From: Actinomycetota bacterium | Lineage (GTDB): Bacteria > Actinomycetota > Thermoleophilia > UBA2241 | Length of the DNA: 60,450 nucleotides | Assembly (NCBI GenBank): GCA_026392275.1 | Contig: JAPLCM010000093.1 | Span: 1 to 60,450, forward strand | Direction: 5' to 3' | Shown here: positions 1 through 11,320 of the stretch, piece after piece | How positions within the stretch are numbered: the stretch's first letter is position 1 | Layout: every line of letters starts with the position of its first letter | Program-made: the position numbers and the translations under genes | Notes under the pieces: generated by a model | What the model was told of the DNA's origin: nothing | Seen by the model: only the letters and a program-made list of their open reading frames with translations | Databases searched by the model: none

Positions 1-1194
1 GCACTGTTGAACATCCCGAGCCTGTTGAGCGATCCCTACGCGTTCACCGTCACCGCGCCGACGCCGACGATCACTGCGCTTGACCCATCGTCGGCGGTGG
101 TCGGGGGCCCCGCGTTCAACCTCGGAGTCACCGGAACGAGCTTTGTCACGGGACCGTCCGGCGCCGTCGTACGCTGGAACGGCGCCGACCTGGTCACGAC
201 GCGCGATTCCGCGACGCATCTCACGGCCGCGGTGCCGGCGGCGGCCATCGCCGCGGCGGGAAGCGCGACCGTCACGGTGCGCAACGGCACGGCTTCTGGG
301 GCGCCGGTCTCGAACGCCCTGTCGTTCAGTATCGGCAACGTCGTGCCCAGCGTGACGTCGATCAACCCCACCTCGGTCTGGGCGGGCTACGTGAGGAACG
401 ACGTTACGCTCACGGTCACTGGCTCGAGTTTCCTGAGCGGCGCCCACGTCACGCTCGGCGCCACCGAGAAGGCGACCACCACCTTCGTCTCGGCCACGCA
501 GCTCACGGTGCCGCTGCTTGCCGCCGACATCGCCACGGCCGGGACCATCAGCGTGGGCGCCAAGAACCCGCCGCCGGGTGGCGGCCTCAGCGTCACGACG
601 CAGCCGCTGGCCGTGCAGGCCGAGACCACCGACCCCACGGTGAGCATCGCCGGCGCCGATTCCGCCTGGCACAACGCCCCCGTGCCGCTCACCTTCAGCG
701 GCAGCGACAGCCAGTCCGGCGTCCAGGCCGTGCAGTTCCGTTGCCCGCCGGCGGTTCCCTCCTGGACTACGGAGGCCACCTACACGGTGCCGGTCACCAC
801 TGAGGGGGCGATCACCGTCTACGCGCAGGCCACCGACTGGTGCGACCGCGTCGGCTCGACGAGTGCGACGGTCAACATCGACACCACGAAGCCGGACACC
901 GACGCCCTCAACGCGGTCACTGTGAAGAAGGGCAAGACCGCCACCCTGAAGTTCCGTATCAGCGAGCCCGCCGACCTGAGCCCCAGTGCCCAGGTGGTCC
1001 TCAAGGTCAAGAGGGTGAAGGGCGGCAGGACCGCCATGACCAAGACGCTGAACGGGGTCCCCATGAACTCCCGGCAGACGTACAGCTTCAAGGTCACCTT
1101 CAAGAAGGGCTCCTACAAGTGGTACGTTTACGCCACCGACCTGGCCGGTAACACCCAGGCCAACGTCGACAAGGCCTCCTTCATGGTGAAGTGA
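1..1194 (+). CDS. Cell-surface/secreted protein with IPT/TIG-like and Ig-like modules; the 5' end probably lies upstream of the window
   Basis: ORF track 7..1194, and the same frame stays open back to nt 1. Two IPT-like repeats (ITALDPSSAVVGGPAFNLGVTGTSF and VTSINPTSVWAGY..VTLTVTGSSF). These are followed by an Ig-like segment ending NIDTTKPDT and a beta-rich C-terminal module. No enzyme motifs seen. Confidence 0.6.
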   Translation, partial: ALLNIPSLLSDPYAFTVTAPTPTITALDPSSAVVGGPAFNLGVTGTSFVTGPSGAVVRWNGADLVTTRDSATHLTAAVPAAAIAAAGSATVTVRNGTASGAPVSNALSFSIGNVVPSVTSINPTSVWAGYVRNDVTLTVTGSSFLSGAHVTLGATEKATTTFVSATQLTVPLLAADIATAGTISVGAKNPPPGGGLSVTTQPLAVQAETTDPTVSIAGADSAWHNAPVPLTFSGSDSQSGVQAVQFRCPPAVPSWTTEATYTVPVTTEGAITVYAQATDWCDRVGSTSATVNIDTTKPDTDALNAVTVKKGKTATLKFRISEPADLSPSAQVVLKVKRVKGGRTAMTKTLNGVPMNSRQTYSFKVTFKKGSYKWYVYATDLAGNTQANVDKASFMVK

Positions 1195-1201
1195 GGCGGG
1201 A

Positions 1202-1223
1202 CGCCGGCCGGCAGAGGCCGGCG
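1202..1223 (+). terminator. GC-rich hairpin just after the IPT-protein stop (possible intrinsic terminator)
   Basis: 8-bp stem cgccggcc/ggccggcg with 6-nt loop ggcaga, 8 nt after the stop at 1194. A second imperfect GC hairpin follows at about 1237-1262. No U-tract. Confidence 0.35.
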
Positions 1224-1358
1224 CACCGCGCATCAAGGCGGCGGGCGGCGGCCGAAGGGCCTCCGCCCGTCGTCGTGCGATTGGAAGTCGCTGCTCGGCG
1301 CCCCCGCGGCCTCGCCCGCCCCGCACGTGCGGCCCTGCGCGTGCGGTAAGCTTGCCGC

Positions 1359-2414
1359 ATGACCGACAAGATCCGCCTCACACAGTTCGCAGCCAAGAGC
1401 GGCTGAGCGGCCAAGCTGGGTCCGTGCGACCTGCAGGCCGTGCTTGACGCTCTCCCGCGCAGCTCCTCGGAGTTCGCGCGGCTGCTCGAGACGCATGACG
1501 ACGCTTTCGTCACGCGCGTCTCCGACGACCTCTGCCTGGTGCAGACGGTCGACTTCTTCACGCCCATCGTCGACTCGCCGTATTGGTTCGGGCAGCTCGC
1601 TGCGGCCAACGCGCTCAGCGACGTGTATGCCATGGGCGCTCGGCCCCTCACGGCCATGAACCTCGTAGCGTGGCCGGCCGACCTCGGCATGACCCACTTG
1701 TCGGAGATCCTCCAGGGCGGCGCCGAGAAGGTGATGGAGGCCGGCGCCGAGCTCGCCGGCGGGCACTCCATCGACGACAAGGAGCCTAAGTACGGACTGG
1801 CCGTCACCGGCGTGGCCCGCCCCGACGAGATCGTCTACAACTCCGGCGCCCGGCCCGGCGACAAGCTCGTGCTCACCAAGCGTCTCGGCATCGGCGTGCT
1901 GGCCAGCGCCCTCAAGAATGGGCTGATCACCGAGGATGACGTGATGCCGGCCATCGAGGAGGCCGCCGCTCTCAATGCGGCGGCGGCGGCCGTCATGTCG
2001 GCCGTGGGCGCGCATGCCTGCACCGACGTGAGCGGCTTTGGCCTGCTCGGGCACCTCGGCGTGATGCTCCAGGCGAGCGCCGCCGGCGCCGTGGTGAGGG
2101 TCGCCGACGTGCCCCTTCATGATGGCGTCCTCGAGCTCATCGCACAGGCTGTGTACGCCGGCGGCCTGCGGAGCAATCGCGACTTCTTGCTGCCGCGTCT
2201 GAGCGGCGCCGGCGGCGGCCCGGACGCTGTCGACCAGCAGCACCCGCGGGTGCTGGCGCTGTTCGACCCGCAGACGTCGGGCGGCTTGCTCATCGCTGTG
2301 GCCGCCGGCAAGCACGCGGCGCTCCTTTCCGGGCTTCGGGACAGCGGCGTGACCGGTTGGACGGTCGGCGAGGTCACGGCCGCGCCGCCCGGCACCATCG
2401 TGCTCGAAGGCTGA
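1359..2414 (+). CDS. selD: Selenide, water dikinase (selenophosphate synthetase) SelD, a selenoprotein with in-frame UGA at 1404-1406
   Basis: The ORF track starts at 1440, but the same frame continues upstream through a single TGA (1404-1406) to ATG 1359. This gives MTDKIRLTQFAAKSG-U-AAKLGPCDL. It aligns with the E. coli SelD N-terminus IRLTQYSHGAG-C17-GCK20, with Sec replacing Cys17 and the Lys retained. The body is AIR-synthase-like (VDFFTPIVDSPYWFG, GGHSIDD). Confidence 0.9.
1407..1440 (+). promoter_or_regulatory. Candidate bacterial SECIS hairpin immediately 3' of the selD UGA
   Basis: Lower stem ggcc(1409-1412)/ggcc(1436-1439). Upper stem ggtc(1419-1422)/gacc(1428-1431), extendable by G-U pairs. 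5-nt apical loop cgugc (1423-1427), centred about 19 nt after the UGA. Folded by eye only. Confidence 0.45.
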
Positions 2415-2452
2415 GCCGCGGTGCTGCTCGTCCACCCGCCCGGCGCCGCCGC

Positions 2453-3010
2453 GTGAGCCCCAGAGGCAGGCCCGGCGATCCCGGCTGGAAGCCCAGCGAC
2501 CAGGACATCCTCGCGGCGCAGGCTCCGCGCCCGCAGTTCGCCCTGCGCCTGTTCTCGGTACTCCCCTTCATCCTCTTCGGGGCGTTCTCCGTGATCGCCT
2601 TGGTCGCCTGGATCGCCGTCGTCGTCTTCGGCGCCGGTACCTCTCGCGGGGCCGTCTGGCAGTGGGCCGCCGGGCGCAGCGTCGGCGAGGTCCTGTCGCA
2701 GCTCGCACTGGCGGTCGTCATCGGGCTGATCCCCGTGGGCGTGGCGGTCCTCTCCATGTGGGCGACACTGCGTGGCTTCAGCGGGAGCCCGGCACTCTTC
2801 TTCTGGCTGTTCACCGAGGTCGTCTTCGCCGCCGCGGCGCTCGTTCTGGTGCTGGGGCGCGTGCAGTGGCCGGAGTTCATGGCGAGCATCGCCTTGAAGG
2901 GCACGGAGTGGTGGTTCGCCTTCGTCGTCGTGGCGTATTCGATGACCATGGCGCACTTGCGCGTACGGCGCGATCGGAGGACGCTCGCAGTGGAGGATGA
3001 AGATGGCTGA
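2453..3010 (+). CDS. Hypothetical polytopic membrane protein encoded inside the sel operon
   Basis: ORF 2357..3010. GTG 2453 is the first in-frame start beyond the selD stop. About 4-5 hydrophobic helices (LFSVLPFILFGAFSVIALVAWIAVVVFG, LALAVVIGLIPVGVAVLSMW, FFWLFTEVVFAAAALVLVLG, WWFAFVVVAYSMTMA). The stop at 3008-3010 overlaps the selA start at 2997. Confidence 0.6.
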   Translation: MSPRGRPGDPGWKPSDQDILAAQAPRPQFALRLFSVLPFILFGAFSVIALVAWIAVVVFGAGTSRGAVWQWAAGRSVGEVLSQLALAVVIGLIPVGVAVLSMWATLRGFSGSPALFFWLFTEVVFAAAALVLVLGRVQWPEFMASIALKGTEWWFAFVVVAYSMTMAHLRVRRDRRTLAVEDEDG

Positions 3011-4319
3011 GAGAAGCGAGAAGGCTGACGCCGGAGGCCGGGCGCGACTGCGCGCGCTGGCCGCCGTCGACGAAGTGTTGCGCGAGCCGGCCGCGCTCGA
3101 ACTGCTCGAGCGCTTTCCACGTGAACTGGTCGTAGATGCTGTGCGCGCGGTCATCGAGCGGCTCAGAGCCGGGATCCTCGCCGCAGGGGCGGCCGGCGAG
3201 GCGTCCGCCGCCCAGGCGGCGGACCTCACGCCGGCCGCCCTCGTGCCTTGGGCGGCGCGGCTCCTGGAGGCGGCGGTCACGCCGTCGCTGCGGCGTGTCA
3301 TCAACGCGACCGGCGTGGTCGTACACACCAATCTCGGCCGGGCTCTGCTGCCGCAGGAGGCGGTCGACGCGGTCGTCACCGCCGCCTCCGGCTACACCGA
3401 CCTCGAGTACAGCCTGGTGCGCGGCGCCCGCGCTTCGCGCCAGGACCACGTGCACGACGTGCTCTGTACGGTCACCGGCGCCGAGGACGCGCTGGCCGTC
3501 AACAACAACGCCGCCGCGGTGCTGCTTGCCTTGGCCGCCACTGCGCGTGGCGGCGAGGTGCTGGTCGCCCGCGGCCAACTGGTGGAGATCGGCGACGGCT
3601 TTCGCATCCGCATCGTCGGATTCACCGCGGAGCCGGCGCTCGAGGAGCTCGCCGGCCTGGCCCACGAACGCGACGCCGTGCTGGTCGACGACCTCGGCAG
3701 TGGCGCCCTGGCCGGTCTGCCGATGTTCGCCGAAGAGCCGGCGCTGACCGAGAGCATCGCCGCCGGCGCCGACATCGTCACGTTCAGCGGCGACAAGCTG
3801 CTTGGCGGCCCGCAGGCCGGCGTAGCCGTGGGCCGGGCCGCCGCCATCGAGGCGATGCGCCGCCACCCGCTGGCGCGCGCCCTGCGCATCGACAAGCTCG
3901 ACCTGGCCGCGCTCGATGCGGTGCTGCGGCTCTATCTCGATCCGGCGCGTGCGCTTGAGCGCGTGCCGACGCTCGCGGCGCTCGCGGCGCCGCTCGCCGA
4001 GGTGCACGCCCGCGCGGAGCGCCTCCGCGACCTGCTGACGGGCTCGGGCGCGGCAGAGGCGCTGCCGCTTGGACGCGTCGCGCTGCTCGAGACGGTCGCG
4101 CGTGCCGGCGCCGGGGCGCTGCCGGTCACCGAGGTGCCCAGCGTCGCCGTCGCCGTGAGCGTGGACGGCGACGCCGAAGGGCTCGCCGCTGCGCTGCGAG
4201 TCGGCGTGCCCGCCGTCGTCTGTCGTCTGCACGACGGCCGCCTGCTCTTCGATCTGCGCGCCGTACGCGACGCCGAGCTCGACGAGCTGGCGAGCGCAGT
4301 GCTGACGGCGCTTACCTGA
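2997..4319 (+). CDS. selA: L-seryl-tRNA(Sec) selenium transferase
   Basis: 440-aa ORF with the SelA-type PLP-lysine motif FSGDKLLGGPQAG and NNNAAAVLLAL. Sits between selD and selB. Confidence 0.9.
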   Translation: MKMAERSEKADAGGRARLRALAAVDEVLREPAALELLERFPRELVVDAVRAVIERLRAGILAAGAAGEASAAQAADLTPAALVPWAARLLEAAVTPSLRRVINATGVVVHTNLGRALLPQEAVDAVVTAASGYTDLEYSLVRGARASRQDHVHDVLCTVTGAEDALAVNNNAAAVLLALAATARGGEVLVARGQLVEIGDGFRIRIVGFTAEPALEELAGLAHERDAVLVDDLGSGALAGLPMFAEEPALTESIAAGADIVTFSGDKLLGGPQAGVAVGRAAAIEAMRRHPLARALRIDKLDLAALDAVLRLYLDPARALERVPTLAALAAPLAEVHARAERLRDLLTGSGAAEALPLGRVALLETVARAGAGALPVTEVPSVAVAVSVDGDAEGLAAALRVGVPAVVCRLHDGRLLFDLRAVRDAELDELASAVLTALT

Positions 4320-4329
4320 CGGGCGTGCG

Positions 4330-6303
<1,974 letters not shown>

Positions 6304-6307
6304 CGCC

Positions 6308-9300
6308 TCAGCCCTCGGCGAACGTCGCCACCTGATCGCGTCCACGCCGCTTGGCCAGATACATCGCCCAGTCGGCCTTGTCGAGCAGCGCGTCTCTGCG
6401 CTCGGCGTCTTCCGGGTAGCCGGCGATGCCGATGCTGACGGTCAGCAGAGTGCCGTTGGCGCTGAAGCCGGCGGCGCGGATGCGCTCGCGGATGCGCTCC
6501 GCCACCACCAGCGCGGCCTCACGGCTGGTCTCGACGAGCAGCACTACGAACTCCTCTCCGCCGTAGCGTGCGGCGATGTCGATGCTGCGCACCGACTGCT
6601 CGATGAGCCGCGCGACCTCGCGGAGCACCGCGTCGCCGGCGCTGTGCCCGTGGGCGTCGTTGTAGCGCTTGAAGTGGTCGAGGTCACAGAACAGCGCGGT
6701 CAGCGGTTGTCCCAGCTCGCGAGCGCGGTGGAGCTCGTCGCTGAGGCGTTCATGCAGGTAGCGGTGGTTGTAAAGGCCGGTGAGGCCGTCGGTGATGGCG
6801 TCGATCTCGGCGCGGCCGAGACGCACGGCCGCCGTCCGCAGCATCGCGGCGAACGTCTGGCTGCGGTCGCTGCGCAGCGCCGCGTTTTCCGCGCGGCCCA
6901 AGGCCGGCAGGTCGGCCGCCACCGCGGCGACGATGTTCCCAGCCGCGTCACAGATGGGTGCCTGACCGGTGATCCACACGCCGAACTGGTCGGCGAAGAC
7001 CGTGTTCGCCGCCGGCTGCCGGCCGGCCAGCACGAGGGGTAGTTCGTCGTTTGCGAGGAACTCGTCGCCGAGGTGAGAGAGCTCCGCCTCGTCCTCCTCC
7101 GGGTCGACGCAGAGCATGTACTTCTTGTCGATCTGCGCCTGGGTCGTGAGGAACCGGGTGGGGGGGTTGGCGTCGCGTACCTCGCGCAGGATCTCGCGGA
7201 TCTCGCGGTATTCGGGTGTGTCCTCGTCCTCCCGGCTGCGCAGCGCCAGGTGCTTGTCGCCGGAGATGCGGGCCGCCGCCTGGGCGGCGACGTTTTCCGC
7301 CTGGGCACGCCTGAGCGCCAGCTCCCCCAGGACCTCCATGAAGGCGTCGACCATGAGCGGGTCGAACTGCGTGCCGCGGCAGCGCTGCAGTTCCGCCACG
7401 CACTCGGGGTACGTGAGCGCCGATTTGTATGGCCGCCGGCACGACATGGCGTCGTAGGCGTCCACGACGGCCATGGCTCGCGCCAGCAACGGGATGTCCT
7501 CACCGGCGAGGCCATCGGGATACCCGTTGCCGTCGTAGTGCTCGTGATGATGGCGCACGCCCCCTACCAGGTCCTCGGGGAAGAGCGGCCGGATGATGTC
7601 GGCGCTGAATACGGGGTGCAGGCGCATCTGCTGCCACTCCTGCGGATTCAGGCGCCCGGGCTTCAGCAGTACGCGGTCGGAGATGCTGATCTTGCCGATG
7701 TCGTGCAGGTAGGCGGCCTCCTCGAGTGAGGTCAGGAGGTCCTCGTCCCAGCCCAGTCCCTGGCCGAGCATCACCGTGTAGGCGGCCACGCGGGCCGCGT
7801 GGCCCAGGGTGTAGTAGTCCTTGGCGTTGAGGGCCGAGCTGAGCGCCCTGAGGTTGCCCATGTGCATCTGCTTGACCTCGTCGTAGAGCTGGGCGTTCTT
7901 GATGGCCATGGCGGCCGCATGGCAGATGGCGGCCGCGGTGTCGAGCTCGCCTTGGGTGAAGGAGCGCTCGGCGCTGCTCTCCACGAGCTCGACTGTGCCG
8001 ATCACGCGGTCTTTGACGATCAGCGGCAGGGTGGCCCAGCTCTTCCGATCGGATCCCCGGTTGATCTCGTGTACCTTCGCTGTATGGCGCAGGTCGCGCA
8101 GCGAACCCACGACCGCTGGTCGTTTGGTGGCGATCACCTCGCGTGTCACTGCGGCGTCGGCCAGCGGCAGACATCGCCCTATCCAGTCCTCGTCCACGCT
8201 GCCGTGAGCGATCCGCATCAGGGTGCGCAGCCCGTCGCCCTCGATCACGGTGATCTCGCATTCCGGCACGCCGACGCTGTCGCAGAGGCGCTTCGCCGTG
8301 GCGAGGAGAGTGTCGCGCAGATCGAGGCTGCCGGCGAGCTCGAGGGCCGAGTCGCTCATCAACGTCATCCAGCGCACGCTTTCGTCGAGCTCGCGGTAGA
8401 GGCGCGCGTTGGCCAGGGCCTGGCCGGCGATCTGCGCCAGGCCGACGACCACGTCGGGGCGCGCGAACGGCCGCTTCTCGCGGTTGCAGGTGTCGACGAA
8501 ACCGATCAGCTCGCCGCCGGCCAGAAGGGGGATCGTCATGACCGACCGGTAGCCCCAGCGGAGCGCATCACGGCGGTCGCCTTCGAGCACGTCGGGTTGG
8601 TTCAGGACGTCCAGTTGCACCACGGGCCGCCGCGTGGCGGTGGCCTCGATGAGCGTGCTGAAGTCGTCTCGTGCGTAGCGTTTGCCGACGGCGTCTTCGT
8701 CGGCGCCGCCGTCGGCCAGAGAGACGAGAGCCTCGACCTCGTCGCCTTCCAGGCCGTACACGTCGCAGAAATCGGCCTCTGAGACTGCGAGGATGCGCTT
8801 GGCCACCGTGTCGAGAACCGCGTCGACGTTGAGCATGGCGCCGAGCTCGAGCCCCGATTCGACGAGCAGACGCAGGTCGCGGTTGCCGCTCTCCAGACGC
8901 TCGGCGAGCATGGCCTTTTCGAAGGCACCGGCCAGCAGCCGCCCGACGTTGCGGATGAGGTCGAGCATGTCGGAGTAGTCGCGCACCTTGGTGTCGAAGA
9001 CGTCGATCAGCCCGATGGGCCGGCCCTCGACGACGAGAGGCAGCGACACCATGCTACGGTAGCTCCAGCGGCCGTAGGCCGCCATCTCCTCTTTTGTCAG
9101 GCTGGCGGCCTCGAGGTCGCCGATCACGATGGGCTCGTTGGCCGCCAGCGCCGCGACGGCCGCCTCATACGCGGAGAGGTCGCGCTCGCTGCCCACTTCG
9201 TCCGCGTCCCAGCCCCGGCTATCCATGCTGGCGAGGCACTTCAGGCGTCCGCCCTCGATGCCCCAGATGTCGCAGTCCTCGGCCTCGAGGATGGCGCGCA

Positions 9301-10936
9301 GGCGGCCGCAAACGATGCGCGCCAGCCCCTGCAGGTCTTCCGCCTCGCTGAACCGGTCGCCGAGCTCCACCAGCTCTCGCAAGCCCGCGTTGCTCTGCCG
9401 CAGGCTGCCCATCAGCTGCGCGTTCTGGAGCGAGTCGGCGATGGTGCGCGCGGCGCTCATGAGGAAGCCGCGCACGTCGTTGTAGTCGCGCTCCACGGTG
9501 TCGAAGACGTCGATCATGCCCACGACCTTGTCGCCGGCGACGAGCGGCAGCGAGATCATGCTGCGGAAGCCGTAGGCGCCCCAGTCCTCCCGCTCGTAGT
9601 CGGTGACGCGAGAGTCGTCCATGGTGCTGACGACGAGCACCTCACGGTCCTCCAGGCATCTCACGGTGGATGGGAACAGGGCCAGATCCAGGATCTTGCC
9701 GCGCACGGCTTCGTCCGTGCCCTTGCTGTCTACGCTTGCGAGGCAGCGCAGATAGCCTTCTTCGAGCCACCACACGTCGCAGTCGTCAGCGCCGGCGACC
9801 TCACGGAGCTTCCGCGCCGCCTCGAGGGCGATCCCCTGTGGCGAGCCCGCGCCGGCCAGGGCGCCGGCGAGCTCGACCAGCTCGTGCTGCAGACGGCTGC
9901 GCTCCTCGGCCTCGTTGAGCAGCACGGCGTTGTCGAAGAGGCCGGCGACGAGCTGCATCACGCCGGTGAGAAACTCCACGTCCGGGCCCCACCGGCGCTC
10001 GGCGTCATCGTAGAGGTCCACGAGCCCGACGATGGCGCCGCCGGCGACGAGGGGCATGGTGAGGGAGCTGGCGTAGCCCCACTCGCGGTACATCTCGACC
10101 TCGCCGGGAGAGAGTCGCGGGTCGCTCAGGCTGTCGATCACCAGGGGAGTCTGGTCGATCAGCGTCCTCTCCAGGCTCGGGTACTTGGCGGTGTCGAGGA
10201 TAGTGTCGTAGCGGGCGGCATCGACCCCTTCCCGGCTCAGGCTGATGAGGGAGCGGATGACGCCGCCGCCGACCCTGTACACATCGACGCAGTCGGCGTT
10301 CACCGCTGCCATGAGGCGAAGCGCGAAACGCTCGACGAACCGCCTGAGCTCGTGGGTCTGGGCGACCTCCTGCGAGAGGTCGACGAGCTCGCGGATGGCC
10401 TTGTCGCGGTGTTCCAGCGTGTGGTACGTGGCGTCGAGGTCGACAGCGTGGGCGCAGATGCGCGCGAGACCGGCGACCACGGGGACCTGCGGCCCGAGGT
10501 CGCGGGGTCGTGCGTCGCTCACCTCCACGGCGCCGATGAAGTCACCGCGCACCGTCATCGGCGCCCACACGAGCGCCCGGCAGCCGCGGCGTTGCAGGGC
10601 GCGGCGCGCGCGCTGTCCCTGGCGGCCTTCGTCGGCGCCCAGGGCGATCGCCGGGAGGGTGTCGGGCGCGCCGCTCTCCGGGATCCAGTCGTCCAGCGCC
10701 CACGAATCGCCGAGCCGGCTCTCGTCGAGCTGGCCGCCGTCGACGGAGACGGCGAGCCGCAGCCGGTCGCCCTGAAGTACGTAGACGTCGCAACGAGGTG
10801 CGTCGGTCAGCGCACAGAGGCGCCGTGAGGTCGAGGCCTGCCTGGACGACGGCGCGCAGATCCTGGGTCTGGCGGCGCAGTTCGGCGAAGTCGCCGGGGT
10901 GCACGGCAGCTCCCGCGACCTGCTCGTCCACAACAA
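6308..10936 (-). CDS. Multi-GAF / HD-GYP / sensor / GGDEF c-di-GMP turnover protein; main body, with the N-terminal HTH apparently displaced into another frame
   Basis: Six GAF-type repeats recognised by the recurring ..PL(V/L).G..(I/V)G.(I/V)D(V/L)(F/Y)D motif. HD-GYP motifs HDIGKI and HHEHYDGNGYPDGL. C-terminal GGDEF (RYGGEEF) with an RxxD I-site (RSID). The first ~35 codons of the ORF-track product are Arg/Ser/Pro-rich and read as out-of-frame sequence. Confidence 0.85.
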   Translation of the reverse strand: MLWTSRSRELPCTPATSPNCAARPRICAPSSRQASTSRRLCALTDAPRCDVYVLQGDRLRLAVSVDGGQLDESRLGDSWALDDWIPESGAPDTLPAIALGADEGRQGQRARRALQRRGCRALVWAPMTVRGDFIGAVEVSDARPRDLGPQVPVVAGLARICAHAVDLDATYHTLEHRDKAIRELVDLSQEVAQTHELRRFVERFALRLMAAVNADCVDVYRVGGGVIRSLISLSREGVDAARYDTILDTAKYPSLERTLIDQTPLVIDSLSDPRLSPGEVEMYREWGYASSLTMPLVAGGAIVGLVDLYDDAERRWGPDVEFLTGVMQLVAGLFDNAVLLNEAEERSRLQHELVELAGALAGAGSPQGIALEAARKLREVAGADDCDVWWLEEGYLRCLASVDSKGTDEAVRGKILDLALFPSTVRCLEDREVLVVSTMDDSRVTDYEREDWGAYGFRSMISLPLVAGDKVVGMIDVFDTVERDYNDVRGFLMSAARTIADSLQNAQLMGSLRQSNAGLRELVELGDRFSEAEDLQGLARIVCGRLRAILEAEDCDIWGIEGGRLKCLASMDSRGWDADEVGSERDLSAYEAAVAALAANEPIVIGDLEAASLTKEEMAAYGRWSYRSMVSLPLVVEGRPIGLIDVFDTKVRDYSDMLDLIRNVGRLLAGAFEKAMLAERLESGNRDLRLLVESGLELGAMLNVDAVLDTVAKRILAVSEADFCDVYGLEGDEVEALVSLADGGADEDAVGKRYARDDFSTLIEATATRRPVVQLDVLNQPDVLEGDRRDALRWGYRSVMTIPLLAGGELIGFVDTCNREKRPFARPDVVVGLAQIAGQALANARLYRELDESVRWMTLMSDSALELAGSLDLRDTLLATAKRLCDSVGVPECEITVIEGDGLRTLMRIAHGSVDEDWIGRCLPLADAAVTREVIATKRPAVVGSLRDLRHTAKVHEINRGSDRKSWATLPLIVKDRVIGTVELVESSAERSFTQGELDTAAAICHAAAMAIKNAQLYDEVKQMHMGNLRALSSALNAKDYYTLGHAARVAAYTVMLGQGLGWDEDLLTSLEEAAYLHDIGKISISDRVLLKPGRLNPQEWQQMRLHPVFSADIIRPLFPEDLVGGVRHHHEHYDGNGYPDGLAGEDIPLLARAMAVVDAYDAMSCRRPYKSALTYPECVAELQRCRGTQFDPLMVDAFMEVLGELALRRAQAENVAAQAAARISGDKHLALRSREDEDTPEYREIREILREVRDANPPTRFLTTQAQIDKKYMLCVDPEEDEAELSHLGDEFLANDELPLVLAGRQPAANTVFADQFGVWITGQAPICDAAGNIVAAVAADLPALGRAENAALRSDRSQTFAAMLRTAAVRLGRAEIDAITDGLTGLYNHRYLHERLSDELHRARELGQPLTALFCDLDHFKRYNDAHGHSAGDAVLREVARLIEQSVRSIDIAARYGGEEFVVLLVETSREAALVVAERIRERIRAAGFSANGTLLTVSIGIAGYPEDAERRDALLDKADWAMYLAKRRGRDQVATFAEG

Positions 10937-11108
10937 GCGCGTGAACGTCGTCGGCGAGGAAGCGGCGATGCCCCCCCGGGCTGCGGTAGGCGGCGATCCG
11001 CCCGGCGTCGGTCCAGCGCCGCACCGTGTTGTCGCTGACGCCGAGCAGGCGCGCCACGTCGGCGACGTGCAGCCAGGTGATGTCTGTCATCTCTCCGACG
11101 CTGTCCAT
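10542..11108 (-). CDS. Excisionase/MerR-type HTH segment, probably the frameshifted N-terminus of the 6308..10936 gene
   Basis: From ATG 11108 (or 11090): ITWLHVADVARLLGVSDNTVRRWTDAGRIAAYRSPGGHRRFLADDV. This closely parallels the N-terminus of the intact paralogue at 30911. Only about the first 95 codons look protein-like. The rest, down to 10542, is an Arg/Pro-rich read-through overlapping the GAF gene in another frame. Confidence 0.6.
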   Translation of the reverse strand: MDSVGEMTDITWLHVADVARLLGVSDNTVRRWTDAGRIAAYRSPGGHRRFLADDVHALVVDEQVAGAAVHPGDFAELRRQTQDLRAVVQAGLDLTAPLCADRRTSLRRLRTSGRPAAARRLRRRRPARREPARRFVGAGRLDPGERRARHPPGDRPGRRRRPPGTARAPRPATPRLPGARVGADDGAR

Positions 11109-11320
11109 GAGCCCACTTCCTGCATCGGCATCCCCGAACGATGACTTTACTAAAACTCTCACAGACGTGCATGACTTAGGGAGTTTCGGCAGGATGCCCA
11201 CCGTCCAGACTGCCTCGGCGGCCGTGCCCGTGGCGCGGCGGCCGCCGGCGACATAGCATGCGCGTATCGATCGTCGCCGGCCGGGACTGCGGCCGCAGCT
11301 TGAGCAAGGGAGCGCACACC

